From Hormiphora californensis (taxonomy: Eukaryota; Animalia; Ctenophora): DNA of 64,000 nt. The DNA is taken from contig CM035354.1 in assembly GCA_020137815.1 (NCBI GenBank), positions 6,758,001-6,822,000 of the forward strand, read 5' to 3'. The translations under genes were made by a program, and so were the position numbers. Below, in pieces: positions 30,301 through 42,300 of the stretch. Under the pieces are notes generated by a model that had not been told where the DNA came from, did not search any database, and worked only from the letters and a program-made list of their open reading frames with translations. Every line of letters starts with the position of its first letter. The first letter of the stretch is position 1.

Positions 30301-30777
30301 ATACAGGGTGTCCAGTTGGGTGATTATATTTGCTGCTACCTCCTTCGAACGGGTTATGAAGCATCGCAATTCTTGAAGGAGAGGTAGAATTCTGCCAATC
30401 ATTAATTGAGCTTCACCTTTAGGAAGGTTCTCACAATCCTGCCTTTCTCCATACATCACAAGGGGAGGGAGGAGAGATGAGAATAACTGATGTTTCAGCT
30501 CCCTTACTTCCAGGCACAGCGAAGTGAGGACCATTATAACTTTGTTCAGGCTACGGTTGTCAGTCTGAACTAGATCGACTAGATCAGCATTTTCGTGGGG
30601 AGCGAGCTGGAGTGTCACCGGTTTGAGAGTGAAGTCCCATAGCCGGTTGAACGCTTCACTTTTCTGTCCTGAAACCTTGAGGTCCAGGTCCTCTGTAAAT
30701 TCTGCATAGCTTTTCAGGTACTTCTGACCGAGATTTTTGACAACGGTCTCGTCATAAATTTCAGCTTCGCTCAGCAT
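27355..30777 (-). CDS. WASHC4: WASH complex subunit 4 (SWIP/KIAA1033), intronless, ~1140 aa; ATG at 30777 (the ORF-track start is a TTG)
   Basis: Conserved blocks [102 protein letters not shown]. Confidence 0.95.
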   Translation of the reverse strand: [1140 protein letters not shown]

Positions 30778-31173
30778 AGCATCCTGAAAAGTGTCCAATT
30801 TAAGGTTTTGTACTTTATTAGACAATGGTCACTCAAAAGCAACTGATTTAGTGTAGTAGTAAACTCTGAGCAGTGAGTGGGACAGTCGCGAGACGAAACG
30901 GAAACAAAACGTTTGTTTTGACAACTTTTTTGTCAGTTTGTGAGTTTTAAAATTTCAAGTGAAACTTTAAAACGCGCGGATATGAAGGTTCTTTATGCGC
31001 GTCCTCTATTTGCGCGTTACATTTTACCGCGCATTGGGAGTATGATGAGTGTTATCGCGCGTTCCACTGAGTTGGAAATTCCAATGCTGACTCCGTGACA
31101 CATATCAAACAGTGGCAAATTATATTAACTCCCATATAATATGACACAATACATACTGTAATACAACATATAG

Positions 31174-32706
31174 TTAAGCATTGTTCTCGTACAGATCGGG
31201 TGACATGTTAGCAGTACAGTAACGCCTCCTCAGGGCATAATGCCAGTAGGGCAAACACCGTGTCCGACAGAGCGCCGTACCGGGGGGACACTTACAGAAA
31301 CCACACGACCTCTTACACAGCACAGGTGCAGTGACACTCGGACAACTACACGTCTTGATCACGTCCCTACAGGAGCAGACAGAGCAGGAATACGGGCAGA
31401 CCTCTCGGAACCATTCATTGACAGCACACGACTTAGGAGCGTAGGTAGGACACCAGGTAAACTGATCAGAACAGGCGAACTTGGGGGACTCAGGGTCCCT
31501 TTCCCCGGATATGGTGTTAAATGAGGGCCATAGAACGTCAGTGGTGACACCACAATTACCTCTGGGAGATGCTCGTGGGACGGTGAAATAACCACCATCT
31601 CCCCACAGGGTGCCCCAGGAGTTTTGGATGAGGAAGGTGGAGGGGGTGTACCCTGCAATCACCACTGCATGGTTGTTCTGCTCTAAACCACCAGTACAGG
31701 AACTATCCAGGAATAATCCTCGTTTGTATTTAAAGAGGGAGTCAGGCGCGAACATTCCTGCGCTTACAGGGTGTCGTCCAACTGCTGAAATTATACCCTC
31801 CACTGTTCGAGCGGATCTGGTTGACTCAAAATATCCCGTTTTGGTTGCAATGTTTTCAGGGTCACTCAGTACCATTTTCCTACAGGTAGTCCTGTAACTT
31901 GCCATCATGTCCGTAGCAGGTAGGTTGAGAGGATAGGATTGTTGGGAAACAACCTGATTGTGTTTGATATACCGGTAAGCGTCTCCATACCACCCACCAG
32001 CAGAACACCCAGAACTACGGCCCCTAGGAGGGTAAACACAATCCACCATCTGCTGTACTGACATTCTTCTGTGTACCCCAGTTTTTAGGTAGTAGTGGGC
32101 CTCAACTACAGCGGTGGCAGAGAAAGCCCAACAAACCCCACATTCGCCCTGGTCAAGAGGCGGGGCCAGGACACCACGCTCCCGCCAGTCAACTGAAGTG
32201 GAAACAGGGTAGAGAGGCCATCCAAAATGAGACCGTTCCACAGATGAGACCTCTTCAACTATCATAGAATCAATACTGTCTTGGAGCTTGTTTGGTGACT
32301 CCTCATCAACAAGCCACCTACTCCTGTTGTACCCCAGAAATCCCTGCCTTTCAGCTTCAGTTCTATCTGAAAAATCGTTGATCCCTTTAACCCACGATTC
32401 CTGTTCATCAACATCACCACTACTAGTCAGGACATCCCGGAGATTCTTGATGAAGATCCTAAATCGTACCCTATTCTCATCCTCTCCGTTGGATTTCCGG
32501 CCATACATTTCCTGGTATGCTCGGAAGACCATGGGGGCATTGTCAAGTAGCTCCATTTTTGTCTCCTCGGATAGGAATTCCATTTTGCTGAGAAGCGGTT
32601 TTAGAGGGCTGAATTCTCGACGCAGGTCAATAACCAGACCGTCCAGATTAATTTGAGCCGAGCTGAGTAGGACCGGGAGAAACAGGAGGATGACGGTGGG
32701 AAGCAT
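31174..32706 (-). CDS. Secreted papain-family (C1A, cathepsin L-like) cysteine protease with I29 prodomain and C-terminal ShKT-like Cys-rich domains (510 aa, intronless)
   Basis: Signal peptide; ERFNIN-like (ENRVRFRIFIKNL) and GINDFSD prodomain motifs; catalytic QGECGVCWAF, NHAV, QNSWGTLWGDGGYF; C-terminal CSDQFTWCP...CPYSCSVC and CRD...CKRSCGFC. Confidence 0.9.
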   Translation of the reverse strand: MLPTVILLFLPVLLSSAQINLDGLVIDLRREFSPLKPLLSKMEFLSEETKMELLDNAPMVFRAYQEMYGRKSNGEDENRVRFRIFIKNLRDVLTSSGDVDEQESWVKGINDFSDRTEAERQGFLGYNRSRWLVDEESPNKLQDSIDSMIVEEVSSVERSHFGWPLYPVSTSVDWRERGVLAPPLDQGECGVCWAFSATAVVEAHYYLKTGVHRRMSVQQMVDCVYPPRGRSSGCSAGGWYGDAYRYIKHNQVVSQQSYPLNLPATDMMASYRTTCRKMVLSDPENIATKTGYFESTRSARTVEGIISAVGRHPVSAGMFAPDSLFKYKRGLFLDSSCTGGLEQNNHAVVIAGYTPSTFLIQNSWGTLWGDGGYFTVPRASPRGNCGVTTDVLWPSFNTISGERDPESPKFACSDQFTWCPTYAPKSCAVNEWFREVCPYSCSVCSCRDVIKTCSCPSVTAPVLCKRSCGFCKCPPGTALCRTRCLPYWHYALRRRYCTANMSPDLYENNA

Positions 32707-32805
32707 TTTCAGGAACCTGGCTGATGGAAACAGATCTGCAAAACGATGAAGAAACTAGAAGGACAAACAGCGATCAACCAGATTTCTAACACTCCTTGCC
32801 AATTC

Positions 32806-32940
<135 letters not shown>

Positions 32941-33307
32941 ACCCACCCTGATTGGGTGAGATGTTAGAAATAACATCTTAACCCATCATATATCCAACCA
33001 ACAAGCTCACAACGCACACAGAGAGATCTCAGCTGTGTGGCGACTGCCAACCACACCTTACTAAGTACACATAACGAGACAAGATAAACAACCTTGTTAG
33101 ATATAACAGGGAGGGAATACATAACAGGTGACATGATATGATAACTTGTTTATCTTACTAAACAAGTCTGAAAAGGCCATGGCTTCAATGAACAAGGTAG
33201 AAACCGTCCACCGATGATCAAATTAAAACTACCGATTATAAAAGTTGTAAACGGAGAACGGGAACAGTAATAACAACAACAATATCAGTCAGAACAGGGA
33301 ACAGCGG

Positions 33308-36300
33308 TCATTTGTTTTTCTTGAGAGTCCGTTGTTTCTCTCCAGATACTACTATCTGCTCGTCTGTTGAGAGGCCCTTTCTTTTTCGGGCTGCCATCAT
33401 GTAGTCGTGGGCAATGTTACCTAGAGGGATAGGTAGTTGGTTCATAATGCCATTGTTGATGGACAAATTTAAAACAAGAAAGACACCAAATTTTGTGACA
33501 CCAAATCACGTGACACCTACCAGAGTCTCCTAGTTCCCCAAAATGAGCCAATTCCTCCTCTGTTGTGGGAACCCAAAACGGATCCTCTTGCAGTGTCTGA
33601 GAGATAACGTAATTAAAAGACAAGCAGATAAAACTCTGTAAGGAGATGAGAACCACAAGAAATCTCCAAAAGAAGAGTAGAAATACGCAACACTTGCTCT
33701 ATTTACCTCCCAGTGACTAAAGACTAGTTGGGGCATCGCAAAACCACTCGTTTTCTTCCTGATTTCCTCCGCAAACCCAAGACTTTCTGCCACGGGGAGC
33801 ACTGCAGCAATAAGGAATGTTCCTGAACCTTCTTTCAGCTCTTCGCTCAGTACCCGGCCGTGCCGTTTTGCTAATACACCATACACTCGACCAAGGACCT
33901 CCGCCGTGGCCTGAGAAAGGTTTGTTTTATAGTAACTTAGGATACTGAGAGGGCCTGAGAAAGATTCGTTCGTTTGTTTTTTGTAATTACGTTTTAGGAA
34001 CCTAGGATACTGATACTATCAGTGATAGTCACACTGATACTATCAGTGATAGTCGGGAGACAGAGAGAGAGAGAGATAGGTTTCAGTTACTGATTGTAAT
34101 CAGGAAATTGGTTTGTGTGTAAGGAGTGTGTGTAACTGATGGGTAAACTATATCGATAGGATGAGCCCATCTTATACGAGATATAAAAGATGAGATGGGT
34201 TCATTATAGCCCCCCTCGGCTCTCTCCAAACAAACTCTACCTAATGAATACCTGTATTTCGCATTGGTACATGGCGACCATGAGCCGACAGGGCTGCTTC
34301 AGGAAAGACTGTCTACAACATTCCTTTACAGTTGACACAATTTGACCAGATACGGGACGCACTGAAATATACATCAATATTTAGAGAGGGTATTAGCATA
34401 ACCCTTGAATCCTGTCAGGCTGCCGTGTATAAACCGCATGTGTACATTATACGCCCATATATAATAGGGTACACTCGGGTGATGACAGGTGTCCAAACTC
34501 CAAAACGGGGGGGGGGGGGCGTGTAATGAGATAATATGTTGTTTAAGTAATTAGTTATTATTGTAAGTAATTGCAATAATCTCAATTATAATAATCAGGA
34601 GAATTAGAATTGTTACAATCAGGGGTAATTAACCTTCTTTTTCGCGGTAATCGATGGCCCCAGTCCACTCTGACAGTACAAAAGCTACAGCAGACATGGG
34701 TTCCTCGCACAGCGGTCCACTTGATACAGCCAGCTCGAAGCCTCGTATGACACTCCCCTCAAAATCCCAGAGGGTACTGAGGTCTCTGTTCTCACTGTCA
34801 CTTCTTGGCCAGATAACCGGTCTGTCGTACCTGTAGAGAAGGAGGATGGTGTTAGAGAGTTTAGAAATTACCTCTTGTAGGAGAGGGACGGATGGCCAGG
34901 GGTTGTATTTTTTACATTGTGGAGGCATCCAGCAGCTCTGGATCTATTGTGTAGGGCTGACGGCACCGTCCGCGGTAGAGACATGTGGAGGGGGTGACCC
35001 CTGTGGTGATCTCACGTGATTCAGAGTTTGATCAGGCATCTAGTCGACTCGAGAATTTACAAAGTAAACAAATTCAGATGAGTACAATTTTATGCCAAAA
35101 CGGTGTTTACTTTGTAAGTTCTGAGTTGTCTATGCCTGATCAAACTCTGAACCACGGGAATTTCACCACAGTGTCTCCTCCTACACGCATCCAATAGCTG
35201 ATCAATAAACTAGGAAGTTAATTTCCTGGAATTTCTTACCCTGGTATGTTGTTGATGAGAATATTGGGCCCATTTTTGTGGGGTCCAAAGCACATGATCT
35301 TTTCAATGCACTCATCCACAGGAATTCCCTCCAGGTACTCCTCCAAAAACAGCTTGAACTCCTCTATCTTGAAACCTGGGGAGATGTATGAGCTGTGAAA
35401 GAGTTCTTTCTCTCTTACAAGTTAAAACATAAAAGGCTTTTAAGGCAGGGCGCTCAAATTTTAAGTTTATGCAATAAAGGGAATAAATAAAATAGCAGCA
35501 TAAAATATTATCAACTCTTCTCACCAGTGTGGTCATCAATTGGTGCTGGCGTGTGGGTGGTACTACCCGCAAAGAGGGTTGAGTTAACGAGACACTTGAG
35601 AGCGTTAACATTGTCAGATATGAAGTTAACAAACTCCTCAGGAAGGGAGTAGGCTTGGATGGTGAATGTCATGACTTTGTCCGGTGTCGTTATGGTGTGG
35701 TGAAACTGGTCGGACATGTCACCATCGCCACTTGATATCACCTACAGAGGGAGGGGGAGGTGTTAGTAACCAATTGATATCAACTAGAATAATGGGGGGT
35801 TTGACTGAAGACTCTATCTCAGCGAGTTGGCTTTTTAGCGTCTTTTTTGATGCAAGTTCTAGAATCACCCACTTTCGAAGATTCGAGAATAATGGCATGA
35901 GGTATCTGTAGTAACGCAAATCGCAATTACATTGTCCTCCAGGCGCTCTATGATACTTGATACATTATTTTGTCTCATATTACACCTGACTTACTTAAAA
36001 GAGATCACCGTTCTAGACGTTTTGCTTTGAGTAGCTCATTATATCCCGTGACTGCGCCAGACCGTGCCAGGCCATGGTACTCAAGAATCATTTCTACGAC
36101 AAATCATATAATCCTCCCAAATCGTGCTTTGAACATAAAATTTATAGGGGCAATGTAATTCCTTCACTACATGATACTAATAGGTCCACCCTACCACCAA
36201 ACGAAAGTTTACCAACCAACTCCATGTGGGGAGGTCCGATAATTGGCCTTAATTGACACCTGTATTTTCAGCCTGAGGCCAAAACCATAAGTACCCTTAA

Positions 36301-39300
36301 AATAGGAGTAGAGACAAATCTGAGGGCACTAAAGTGATCAGCGTCCTCGCATTAGTGGGGGTAGGTGGTGGAATTAAGTCTCTATCTCATCTGGTTAATT
36401 AGATAATTGGATAATTAGATATGCGCATAACCGTATTTTGGCTATATGGCTATAGCCACTTAGGAATGGTTTAGAGACGTTTCATCAGTGTCAATTTGTA
36501 GGCAAAGGCCAAGTTATGGGGGGTCGACGTCAGGCTTTTAAGCTCTATCTTCAACCGTTTAGCCGTTATTTGGCTTTAAAGGCACTCAAAATGAGCAAAA
36601 AACGGTAAAAAGCCCGATTTTGAGTACCTTTAAAGCCAAATAACGGCTAAACGGTTGAAGATAGAGCTTAAAAGTCCGACGTCGACCCCCCATAACTTGG
36701 CCTTTGCCTACAAATTGGCACCGATGAAATGTCTCTAAACCATTCCTAAGTGGCTATAGCCATATAGCCAAAATACGGTTATGCGCATATCTAATTATCC
36801 AATTATCTAATTAACCAGATGAGATAGAGACTTAATTCCACCACCTACCCCCACTAATGCGAGGACGCTGATCACTTTAGTGCCTCAGATTTGTCTCTAC
36901 TCCTATTTTAAGGGTACTTATGGTTTTGGCCTCAGGCTGAAAATACAGGTGTCAATTAAGGCCAATTATCGGACCTCCCCCATGGAGTTGGTTGGTAAAC
37001 TTTCGTTTGGTGGTAGGGGGGACCTATTAGTACCATTTAGTGAAGGAATTACATTGCCCCTATAAATTTTATGTTTTGTCAAATTTTATACACGATTTCG
37101 TCGGATTAATACCAGACTTTTACAATACTGATCTCTTGCCTCTTGGTTTGGAATTGTTAGTAGAAATACAGTTGCTATCTACTAACTCTCTGATTTTGCG
37201 ATGAGCTGTTGTTTATTTACAATCCATAATTTCAAATAGTACCTCAGAGAAATTGTATTTGCCTGTCGAGTTCTCCCTAAGGATCTATTCCCTATCAACC
37301 ACAGTGCAATCCATGATTTCAATAATTCCAATATTTTGCAGCATATGCTAGCATCATGAACGGCACTACTGAAATCTATGGAACATCAGCACAATCTATC
37401 CCTCTGGCAATCTACTGCTTCATCGCTACCTTTCTTGGTATCACTGGTAACGGACTCGTTCTGTACTCCTCACTACGCTACGATGCCATCAAAATGGATC
37501 AAGTGTCTCTGGATTTTGTTAGAAACCTAGCTCTTGCGGACATTCTCTATACCATTTGTGTTGCTTTACCCCAGTTTGTATCATATGCCACTCGCCGCTG
37601 GGTCCTGGGACCAGTGTTCTGTATTTTACAGGGTGAGATTGGCATGCTAGCCGGGGCTCTCAACACCCTCACCGTCTTTGCTATCTCGGCTTACCGACTC
37701 AAACTGGTCATCTCGCCCTTCCATCAGACTTCTCTCCGAGCAACCCGGATCCTGATTGGCTTCATTTGGTTGCTGGCGTTATCTCCCATAATCCTAGTTG
37801 AGTCCTACCAACTAGCAGTTACTTTCAACCCGTACAACGGGAGGTGTACCCTCGGTGGTGTTTACAAGCATGAAGAGGCTAAAGTACCCTTTATGATACT
37901 AGTCGGTATCATCGTATTTTTACCTCTGTTCGGGATCATCAGTATTAATTTCGTGCTGTTGGGGGTCGCTCTAAGGCTAAACCATGGATCTGGTAACAGC
38001 GGTCCAAGTCGTGGAATCAACTTTAAAGCTCTTCTGGTTATCCTGGCGTTGTCTGGTCTATTCATGTTAAGCTGGGGTCCCTATCTTGTTTACTCATTTG
38101 TTAGGATAAAGATTAAAGTGGTGTCTCATCATTTCGCCTTAGTTGCTTACAATTTCCTCCTCCTAAACACCTTTGGCAACCCCTTTCTCTACACTTTCAC
38201 CAACAAAAGATTCGGCCGGTATGTCCGCAGTTTGGTCTTTGGTTTGGTCGGGAAGCGGGAAGTCGTTAGCAGTCAGGAACCCAGCACCAGTATGGTTACT
38301 CAGAACCTCTCGAGAAAAAGGAGCAGTAGAACGACGAGCTTGTAAACATATTCTTAGTGATCAATAGAGCAAACTTTAAAAAACAAGCGAAAAGATTCTC
38401 CAATCTCCATTCTCCATCTAAAGAATTACATTGGGGAGAACATCAGATTCTTTTGAAAAGAATCTGATGTTCTCCCCAATGTAATTCTTTAGATGGAGAT
38501 TGTTCTTGCATTTTCCGTACAATGAAATCGAAATGGGGTAGTCGTACTCAAATGATATCAGACAATGTGTGGTTAACCCTTTGAGTCCCATAGGAAAAAT
38601 ATGTCCCAAAAGTTTGAAGTGCAACTTTTGAAGAGTGTCACTGGAATGATTTAATTTTTGAAGATTCTGTAGAAAAATGTGTTTTAACCTGACTAATTAT
38701 GTTAATTTTGACCGCCTCTAACTATGTATTACCTCATTCAGTTTGTCAACTTTTGGTGGAGCTATGATTGTCTCCCTAAAACTGACTAGGGGCGGAGATA
38801 CCTTGATATCGATCTTACTAAACCTGCGGGGGTATATAATTTAGCAGGGTTTATTCTCGATCATGTCATAATGCTATAATGCACATATACAGCAGGCATG
38901 TGGACAGGAGGGTGCGAGATTATCTAAGATAAGAGGGGTAAATATCTATGAGAATATGTTCTAACCTTGTTTTTAGGTCTTCTAAACACCGTTCTAGATG
39001 GACCTCCCCACTGGTACAGAGAACTAACTCTCCTGTTTCCAGAACACTGGTCTCCACACACGGGTCCGCCTGGTTCAGCAGCTTCATTCCTGTACACAGG
39101 GGGGATATAGTTGTTAGAATTCTACAGATGGGAAGGGAATATTGATTGGAGAGTGAAGACTGAAGCGTAGACATATATGATATGTTAAAATAATTCCACT
39201 TCTTCTTTTCCACTTTTTTTCTTCTTTTCCAGAAGAGAAAGAGGGGCGATGTAATATACGTTTGTGGTCGGATTTCTCTCGTCCGTGTTTTTGAGTGATT

Positions 39301-42300
39301 TGAAGTGGTAGCGACTGGAGTTTTGCCAAGAATTTAAGGCAGCTGGCCGGTTCCAACTGAAGTGCCATTGAAAAGTCACGTACCCATGATAAGACGGGGT
39401 ATTTCGATGGGATTGGAAGGTTCCACTGCCACCCTCAGGACGGGAGTTTGCCAGTGTGCCATCCCGTGGAAAGGTGGGCAAAACAGAGTGTCGGAAATTG
39501 TTGCACTTTTCTGGATAAGATCTTGTAGTCCCCCTACACCACAGATATTACCTGGAAGAGAGTGAGATAAAAAAAGACGGAGTGAATGAGAGCGAAAGAC
39601 ATTATTATATAGAGAGCGTGAGTGATAGCAAAACAGCGAATGATATTATGAGGAAGAATGCCCCATACCTGCGGGAATGGATGGTACCAGCTCTAGATCA
39701 TGGCCCATTAGGAGATACGTGGCACCCAGAGCTACCTTCCCCACGTGCACATTGACTCCATGGGTACTCCGCTCCTGAGTTGCTATCGTCCGGGGATCGT
39801 GTCGTGGACCCAGTACAAATATCTGATGAAAGTATGAGGAATAATAGAAGGAGGAATAATATTATCGTGTTGAATGACAGAGGAGAGCTAAATGAGATCC
39901 ACTAGTACTGCTTTTAGTTTTGGTAGGGACTATAGCAATGTATATAATGTGTTGATTTAGAATGTTCAGGGGTGGGCTTCGAGCACCATGGTTCATTATT
40001 GTGAAATGTGAATAAGCTTGCCGTGCTTATTATATTTCCTGCCCAACCCTGTGGGACAAATGCAATGGCCCACGATACGTTTATTGCTTCCTGTGTTCGT
40101 ACTACTATATTACATGTGCGGATTCTGCAATTAATAATTGTACCATGCACAGCAGAATATATAATATCTGCATATTATAAACTGAGCTCCATACCCCCTT
40201 CTATCTTTTTATCTTTCTCTCTCCCACTCTAGCTAGCACAATATACCCCCTTCTCTATCTCTATCTTTCTCTCTCCCACTCTAGCACAATATACCCGCCC
40301 GCTATCCAAACTTCCCTCATAGGTCTCAGTGACAACAGCTGCTCATACAACAAATAAAGTGTGTGAAAAATATTTGTGATATCATACGCGTCCTGTGCTA
40401 AGTGATGGGGATATATCCCATGTCGGATGTTGTCTGTCTCAGATGCAGTGTCGGTATACTAAATCTGGTTGTCTGTCTGTTTGTCTGCCTATGTCTCTCT
40501 GTCTGTCTCTCTGTCTGTCTATCTGTCTGTCTGTGTCTGTTTGGTGAGTGTATGACAGTGTGTACCTGCTTCCCGGGTTCAATACGACCACTGAACACTC
40601 TGCAAAACGCAACAAACACCTCCTTTTCCTTCTCTTTCGCCTCGTCTTCTTCTCCTTCTAAACGGGGACCCAACTCTGCAAAAACACATATATCTTATAG
40701 GATAAGTATAATGGAAGATATAAACAAGTCATCTTGATGATGCAGACGTATTATGGGGGAGGGGGGGGGGGGTTCAACCTAAAAATTTCCATTTCCATTT
40801 GCCAAAATCCGGGTATCGATGGAAATTTTTAGAAGTTTTTAGTACTAAAAATTTCTAAAAGTACCTAGACCGCACAGAATTACAATACCAACTGCACCGA
40901 GACCTCACTGATACTACTACGAGAATGTTGTGATACCCGGTATTCTCCCATGTAGACCCCGTGTAGACCCCATGTAGACCCCATGTAGACTCCGTGTAGA
41001 CCCCGTGTAGACCCCATGTAGACCCCATGTAGACCCCATGTTATAGACCCCATGTAATTTGGGTGTGACGGTGAATCTTACTTTTAGTATATAATGCGAA
41101 AAGGGGTGAAACTTGATCCACCCAAGCATGTTGAGTAGGCTGATCCCATCAGGAACTGCATTGTGTGTGTGATGTAATCCCCCTTATCCGATAATCGAGA
41201 GTGATAGATAGAGATAGATAGATAGTTAGAGATAGAGGGAGGGAAAGAGAGAGTTAGAGATAGAGGGAGATACTGAGAAATAGAGAGAGCAACGGGCCCT
41301 TTTCGGCTGAAGGCATCCTCTGGTAGTTGTAAATGGCACGCCAATCCTATTTTAGTACAATAAAGACAAGAAAATATCGATTTAAAACTATTTCAGCAAA
41401 GTACCAGCATATCATCTAATCTAACAACTCTCGCACAATAAGTTCCGATCATTGTTCGCAGGAGTGTCCTTAGGGGCGTCTATACACAGCGATACACAGC
41501 GATAGGACATGTTGTTGGGCTGCTATTCCCCTGCTGGGAGCCCTATTGTGTCGACAATGAAACGTGATTGCTTCAATATTTGGTCCACTGCAGACACACT
41601 GTTATTCGCCGCTTGCAGGGCACTCTATGGCACTTTCGTCTATTCCTGTCTATTCCTGTCTGGCGGTGCGCTCAGATGGGGTCGGCGGCATTCTACCAAA
41701 GCTAACAATCCATAGCTTCATTGGACGAGACCTACAGCTCCACATTATAATGTTAGCTACGGAGTTTAACACCACGCTGTGGTTATAGCTGTAGTTTGCC
41801 AGATGGAAGTACCAGAACCAACCATCCGTTGGACCATCAAAAATATTGAAAAATGGTGTCAAAATCTGGGAATTCGGTAGTTGACTGTTGACTAATGCCA
41901 CGACCCAGTAGAGAAGGATGGGGGTGTTAAAGAAAATGTAAATACCAGTTAGAACTAGGATGGTGGTTGTAGCTTGATTTCGAATCATATCACCGGAGGT
42001 TGACGCCGCCCTATTGGACCACAAGGTTACTATGGTTACCCCACAACTCACCGGCATCACTACCATGGGAACAATAAATTGGATAATTTCGGCTGCGCTC
42101 ATGTAAACTCCATACGAGTTGTTTACAGTGGTGCCGTTAGAATAGGATTCCACACATTCCGCAAACTGCCAGTTGTACTCAAATGTTGACCCGAACCAAA
42201 GAGGGATGGTGGACTGCACTAGTACCAGTACACTGTACACCACAATGGTTGCCATGACAACTCGAATTCTGGGTGGTTGGGAGAATGGTCGAACCAGGGA

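Noticed and set aside
30778-30825. N-terminal extensions of WASHC4 and of GPCR 42720 in the ORF track
   Set aside because: Both begin at TTG upstream of an acceptor AG; the first in-frame ATGs are at 30777 and 42699.
27512-32656. Plus-strand ORFs over WASHC4 and the protease
   Set aside because: Antisense shadow ORFs with no recognisable motifs.
35719-35919. Extra EFL1 exon
   Set aside because: Exon 38733-38823 splices in frame to the exon starting at 35742, and this peptide does not resemble EFL1.
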